Positions 59,790-64,000 of a DNA stretch of 64,000 nucleotides are shown piece after piece (position 1 is the stretch's first letter; each line of letters starts with the position of its first letter). This DNA is from Candidatus Heimdallarchaeota archaeon. GTDB lineage: Archaea; Asgardarchaeota; Heimdallarchaeia; Hodarchaeales; Hodarchaeaceae. The stretch spans positions 96,001-160,000 of the forward strand of contig RDOB01000003.1 in assembly GCA_011364965.1 (NCBI GenBank), written 5' to 3'. Position numbers and translations under genes: made by a program. The notes below the pieces were generated by a model. The model made no database searches and was not told the origin of the DNA. It worked only from the letters and a program-made list of their open reading frames with translations.

Positions 59790-60857
59790 ATGGAAATAAT
59801 AGAGCAAGAAGTAATTAAAGAAACGCAAAGAGAATTATCAGAACTAATTGGAGTATCTGGACGGGAATCGAAGATAGTTGAATATATTCAAGAGAAAATC
59901 AGAAATTTCGTAGATGAAATGTATATCGATCCATTGGGATCTTTGATAGCTATTCAAAAGGGAACTGAAGAGAAAAATCGGATTATGTTTGACGCCCATA
60001 TTGATGAAATAGGATTAATGATAAATCATATTGAAGAAAATGGATTTCTTCGATTTTGTTTAATAGGAGGATGGGATACGCGAATTTTACTAGGAGCATC
60101 AGTCAAAATAGTTTCAGAAACAGGTGAAATCCTCCCAGGGATAATTGGTTCTACACCTCCACATTTATTATCAGAAAAAGAAAGGAATACTTTGGTTGAA
60201 GTAGACCAAATGTTCATTGATGTGGGTTTAAATAGCAAAAAGGAAATAGAAGAGAAGGGTATACAATTAGGTTCAGTAGGAACACTATATAACCCTTTTG
60301 TAGAGTTTCCTGGTGATTTGATTAGAGGAAAAGCATTTGACGATAGAACTGGCGTAAATATCCTTATTCAGATTATTAAAAAGTTCTCTGCTATTAAAAT
60401 TAGTGATACTCTCCTTTTTAGTTTTACTAGTCAAGAAGAAATTGGAGGAAGAGGAGCCGCTACTGCTGCATATTCATTAAATCCAACAATGGCAATTGCA
60501 ATTGAAAATACGACAGCAGGGGATGTTCCAGGGATTAAAGCTTCCCAATGCCCTGCATATATAGGAAAAGGTCCCGCAATTTCTGTAGCTGACCGATCAT
60601 TAATAGCCAATCAAGGAATTAATGACCGCTTGAAACAAAATGCAGAATTTGAAAATATACCATACCAAATAAAAAAGCCAATCTTTGGTGGAACTAATGC
60701 AGGAAGAATTCATCAGACTCGTGGTGGAATTCCCTCTTCTGTTGTGTCTGTTCCATGCCGCTACATACATTCTTCAACTTCCCTACTCTCCTTAACAGAT
60801 ATTCATAATACTATAAGACTTATTTCAGCTTTTATTCTGAATCCAGCTAAAGTTTAA
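59790..60857 (+). CDS. M42 family (TET) aminopeptidase
   Basis: AHIDEIG, AFDDR, QEEIG, IEN, RYIH. Confidence 0.92.
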   Translation: MEIIEQEVIKETQRELSELIGVSGRESKIVEYIQEKIRNFVDEMYIDPLGSLIAIQKGTEEKNRIMFDAHIDEIGLMINHIEENGFLRFCLIGGWDTRILLGASVKIVSETGEILPGIIGSTPPHLLSEKERNTLVEVDQMFIDVGLNSKKEIEEKGIQLGSVGTLYNPFVEFPGDLIRGKAFDDRTGVNILIQIIKKFSAIKISDTLLFSFTSQEEIGGRGAATAAYSLNPTMAIAIENTTAGDVPGIKASQCPAYIGKGPAISVADRSLIANQGINDRLKQNAEFENIPYQIKKPIFGGTNAGRIHQTRGGIPSSVVSVPCRYIHSSTSLLSLTDIHNTIRLISAFILNPAKV

Positions 60858-60948
60858 GCCCTGAAAAATAAATTTGAGGAAAAGACATAATAATAAAACC
60901 TTTTAGAGGAAATAGTCTAGATTCCTTATCCTATAAGGTGAGGTTAAA

Positions 60949-63333
60949 ATGGCCGAAGAGCCTGTTTTAAGAGATCTTAGAAACCTTAAATCGACTGAGT
61001 TTCAAATTAAATGGAATGCAATCCACAATATCAGTAAATATCTTCAATCTGACCTGAAGCCTGATGATGTCCGCTATAGAATGATTATTAAATCTTTTCT
61101 TCCAATGACGAAAGATCCAGATGAAAAAATACGAGAGATTGTCCTATCAACGCTTCTTAAAGTATTAGAAGATAAAAAACAAACTGAAGCTCTAGTAGCT
61201 CAAAGTCTAGCTGATTCAAACCCTGGAATTCGATCTTTAGCTTTAGAATGGCTTCGAAGTCAAAATCACCCTAGCGTAACAAAATACACAATAGTCGCGT
61301 TATCTGACCCATCTGAGGTCGTACGCAAAACAGCAATTGAAACTGTGATTAAAAATCAATTTGAAGGAATAGAAACTCAACTTCTAAACATGCTCGGAAC
61401 CGAATCGGGAGGATTAAGAAGACAAGTAATTTATGCGTTGGGAAAATTAAAAACGAGTCAAGCAATTGGGGCTTTGATAGATATTATGCAAAATCCCGAG
61501 TATGATGATTGGACTCGAAACCAAGCGAGTTCAGCTCTCGATCATATGGAAGGAGAAGGGATTATTGAGCCCTTTCTTAATAATTTAATAGATCCGAATC
61601 CCTATGTACGAGAAACAGCTGCAGCTTACCTTAACAAGCACAAAGACGATATATTACCTTTCATATTGAAAACGAGTCGTCTAGATTTGATAGGCTTATT
61701 ACAATATGGAACAGATAATACAAAACAGGACTTCAGTTCTATAATATCAAGCTTGAAAAAACAAATGGAATTTGCATTTAAAGATCTGGAATCCCGCATT
61801 ATAGCCAAAGAGCAAATTAAATTTGCAAAATTAGCGGATGAGTTTCAATTCTCCGAAATTGCGCTGAAAACATTGATTGAAAAGGTATTAAATCTCCAAC
61901 TAATTGAACTTCCCAATAATGCTTATTTAACAGAAACTGGTCTTCTTAATCTATTAACAGAGGAATTTAATACCCATTTATCGCTATTTCTTCCTGAAAT
62001 AATTAAAAAGAAACCTTTCAAAGAGGTTCCCTTAGTCAATTTAGAGGAAATCATAATAAAGATACCCAATCTTGTAAAATTAACCGAGAAATTCTTTATT
62101 CATCAAAATTTTTATACAGAACTTCAAGAAGCTTTCTCTAAAACAGGAATGTTAAATATTCAAAATATAATTGAAAAATTATCTGTAAAGAAAGAAATTA
62201 TTGAAACGGAACTAATTCCAAATCTATATTCCGAAGAAGAAAGCTGGATTAATTCTAAAAATGAATTTATTACTCCAGAGTATTTAGATAAGAAGATTAA
62301 GGCAATCTTGGACGATAAAGGGATCCTTTCACTAAAGCGTTTGCTACATGATCTATCGAATCCGAAAATTTCAGAACAATACATGATTGATAGGATTAAT
62401 TCTCGTTATTCAGGAACTTGGTTAAAAGATCTGAAAGTGTTCATCAGTGAAAAACAATTCTTATATATAAAAAAGAATTCCTCAAGGCTTGATGAAGCAC
62501 TAGTTTCTCCATTAATTAAAACCATTGATATAAAATTTCCAGAATTCTTATCCAACTTGCAAAAAGTACTTGATGTTCATACGTACCAAACACGATCAGG
62601 AACTATAATCACAATGGAAAGTTTGCATCCCTCTTTACAACAAGAAATTTTGGGCAAAGGATACATAAACATTGATGATTTTATTAAACTCAATGACCTG
62701 CAAACACAAAAAGAATCGATTAAACCATCAATAATGGATTTTATTAATCAAGAATTCTCAGGACGAATAGATCCCTTAGGAAAATATTTCTTTACTGAAG
62801 ACCTTATTATGAAAGTAAAGAATGAAATAGAAGCACAATCTCGTTTAAATTTCAATATACTTGCTTACAGAATGGAATTATCCAAAGATATCCTTCTAAT
62901 ACTAATACAACAAATCTTATTCGTCAGAGGATTTAGAAACAAAATAGGGGAGTATATTACAGATAAAGGAATTCAAAATGAACTTAATAGCATTTTGGAG
63001 AGTACTCAAGAATTTAAATTATCCGAATTCTATGATATATTAGAAATTACAGAGGACAGGGAAAAAGAGGATCTAGTAAGAGAAATTCTCTCTGAAGACA
63101 CAAGATTATTCATTACGAAAGATCAACTCATGTTTATAACTAAGAAAAGGGCTATTAATAACCTCTTTCGCTATTTGAAGGACCCTATGCAACAAACTCG
63201 CGACATGATCCCTTGGAATGAACTTTCAAAAGCAATGAGACTAACAGAGGAAGAATTGAAAGCAATGCTCAATTCTCTAGTCCAGAATCAATTCCTGCCT
63301 GGAACCATCATTAAAAATGGTTATAAACCTTAA
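60949..63333 (+). CDS. HEAT-repeat protein with UFL1-like winged-helix repeats and a C-terminal PCI-like winged helix
   Basis: HEAT units DPDEKIR, DPSEVVR, DPNPYVR; repeats NEFITPEYL..KIK..L...G.LSL and GEYITDKGIQNEL; tail IPWNELSKAMRLTEEELKAML..LV....LPGTI. Confidence 0.7.
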   Translation: MAEEPVLRDLRNLKSTEFQIKWNAIHNISKYLQSDLKPDDVRYRMIIKSFLPMTKDPDEKIREIVLSTLLKVLEDKKQTEALVAQSLADSNPGIRSLALEWLRSQNHPSVTKYTIVALSDPSEVVRKTAIETVIKNQFEGIETQLLNMLGTESGGLRRQVIYALGKLKTSQAIGALIDIMQNPEYDDWTRNQASSALDHMEGEGIIEPFLNNLIDPNPYVRETAAAYLNKHKDDILPFILKTSRLDLIGLLQYGTDNTKQDFSSIISSLKKQMEFAFKDLESRIIAKEQIKFAKLADEFQFSEIALKTLIEKVLNLQLIELPNNAYLTETGLLNLLTEEFNTHLSLFLPEIIKKKPFKEVPLVNLEEIIIKIPNLVKLTEKFFIHQNFYTELQEAFSKTGMLNIQNIIEKLSVKKEIIETELIPNLYSEEESWINSKNEFITPEYLDKKIKAILDDKGILSLKRLLHDLSNPKISEQYMIDRINSRYSGTWLKDLKVFISEKQFLYIKKNSSRLDEALVSPLIKTIDIKFPEFLSNLQKVLDVHTYQTRSGTIITMESLHPSLQQEILGKGYINIDDFIKLNDLQTQKESIKPSIMDFINQEFSGRIDPLGKYFFTEDLIMKVKNEIEAQSRLNFNILAYRMELSKDILLILIQQILFVRGFRNKIGEYITDKGIQNELNSILESTQEFKLSEFYDILEITEDREKEDLVREILSEDTRLFITKDQLMFITKKRAINNLFRYLKDPMQQTRDMIPWNELSKAMRLTEEELKAMLNSLVQNQFLPGTIIKNGYKP

Positions 63334-63360
63334 TTAATTGGTTTTGGAGAATTATACTCA

Positions 63361-64000
63361 ATGGAAAAACTTTTACATATTATAGTTGATCATAGAGAAC
63401 CTAAGGGTTTGAAAAATCGATTAAGAAAATTAGGTATGAGTATTGAAGAAAAACAGCTAGAAATTGCTGATTTCATTATCTCAGATCAAGTTGCATGTGA
63501 AAGGAAGACAGGAATCGATTTGATTGCCTCAATAATGGACAATCGATTATTTGAACAGATAGATCGATTAATTGAGACATATGATCAACCGATATTGATA
63601 CTTGAGGATTTTCCTTCGGCATTCGATCGAGTGGAATGGAAAAAACGTAAAAAACACGTATATGGAGCCCTCACGTATATTTTTTTGAGACGTCAAGTTC
63701 CAGTAGTTCCAACATCCAAGATCGCTGAAACAGCTATAGTTCTGAATCGAATAGCTTCATGGGTTCAAGAAGAACACGAGGATCCAGTGATTGCCAGAAA
63801 ATCTCCCAGAAAAAAATCATTACACGATAATCAGTTATATTTTCTTCAAGGGTTGCATAAGACAGGTAAAAAGAAAGCAGACATTTTACTCAATCAATTT
63901 AAAACACCCGAGGGAGTAATTAGTGCAATACTCGATTCAGAGATTATTTACACTCGAACTGGAAATCCAAAAGGAGTAAAAGGAAGATTTGGTGATTTAA
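63361..64000 (+). CDS. xpf: ERCC4/XPF structure-specific endonuclease (short form, runs off the window)
   Basis: Translated by hand: IIVDHRE, ADFII, CERKT..DL..SI.D.RLFEQ, HhH-like LQGLHKTGKKKA. Confidence 0.88.
   Translation, partial: MEKLLHIIVDHREPKGLKNRLRKLGMSIEEKQLEIADFIISDQVACERKTGIDLIASIMDNRLFEQIDRLIETYDQPILILEDFPSAFDRVEWKKRKKHVYGALTYIFLRRQVPVVPTSKIAETAIVLNRIASWVQEEHEDPVIARKSPRKKSLHDNQLYFLQGLHKTGKKKADILLNQFKTPEGVISAILDSEIIYTRTGNPKGVKGRFGDL

Overview
AT-rich archaeal chromosome segment, very likely from an Asgard archaeon (Heimdallarchaeia/Hodarchaeales-like). This is inferred from a Rab-like GTPase, several longin/roadblock domains, a UFL1-like winged-helix protein, archaeal TATA/BRE promoters and C-terminally anchored surface proteins. 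About 1-44 kb is mostly accessory metabolism and regulation: a heterodimeric ABC exporter, NUDIX, GNAT and MBL enzymes, a GH13 amylase with a GPH transporter, PadR modules, DMT transporters, and a ubiquitin-like protein beside TtuA/NcsA. It also holds an apparently intact IS110 element whose upstream noncoding end folds into a promoter-driven, two-loop RNA; the loop strands match the element's flanks (candidate bridge RNA). About 44.6-49.8 kb is mostly truncated gene fragments (glucan phosphorylase, FtsX-type permease, Ig-repeat protein, CruF-like protein). About 50-64 kb is a dense cluster of eukaryote-like signalling parts: two tandem MFS transporter-longin fusions, a Rab-like GTPase with a longin-roadblock fusion, two M42 (TET) aminopeptidases, an isopentenyl phosphate kinase-RNase Z-like fusion, a HEAT/UFL1-like/PCI protein and an XPF nuclease. 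The two best candidates for undescribed systems are the MFS-longin/GTPase module (possible nutrient transceptor) and the Asgard IS110 bridge RNA. All domain calls are by eye from motifs; no searches were run. No rRNA, tRNA or CRISPR array was seen.
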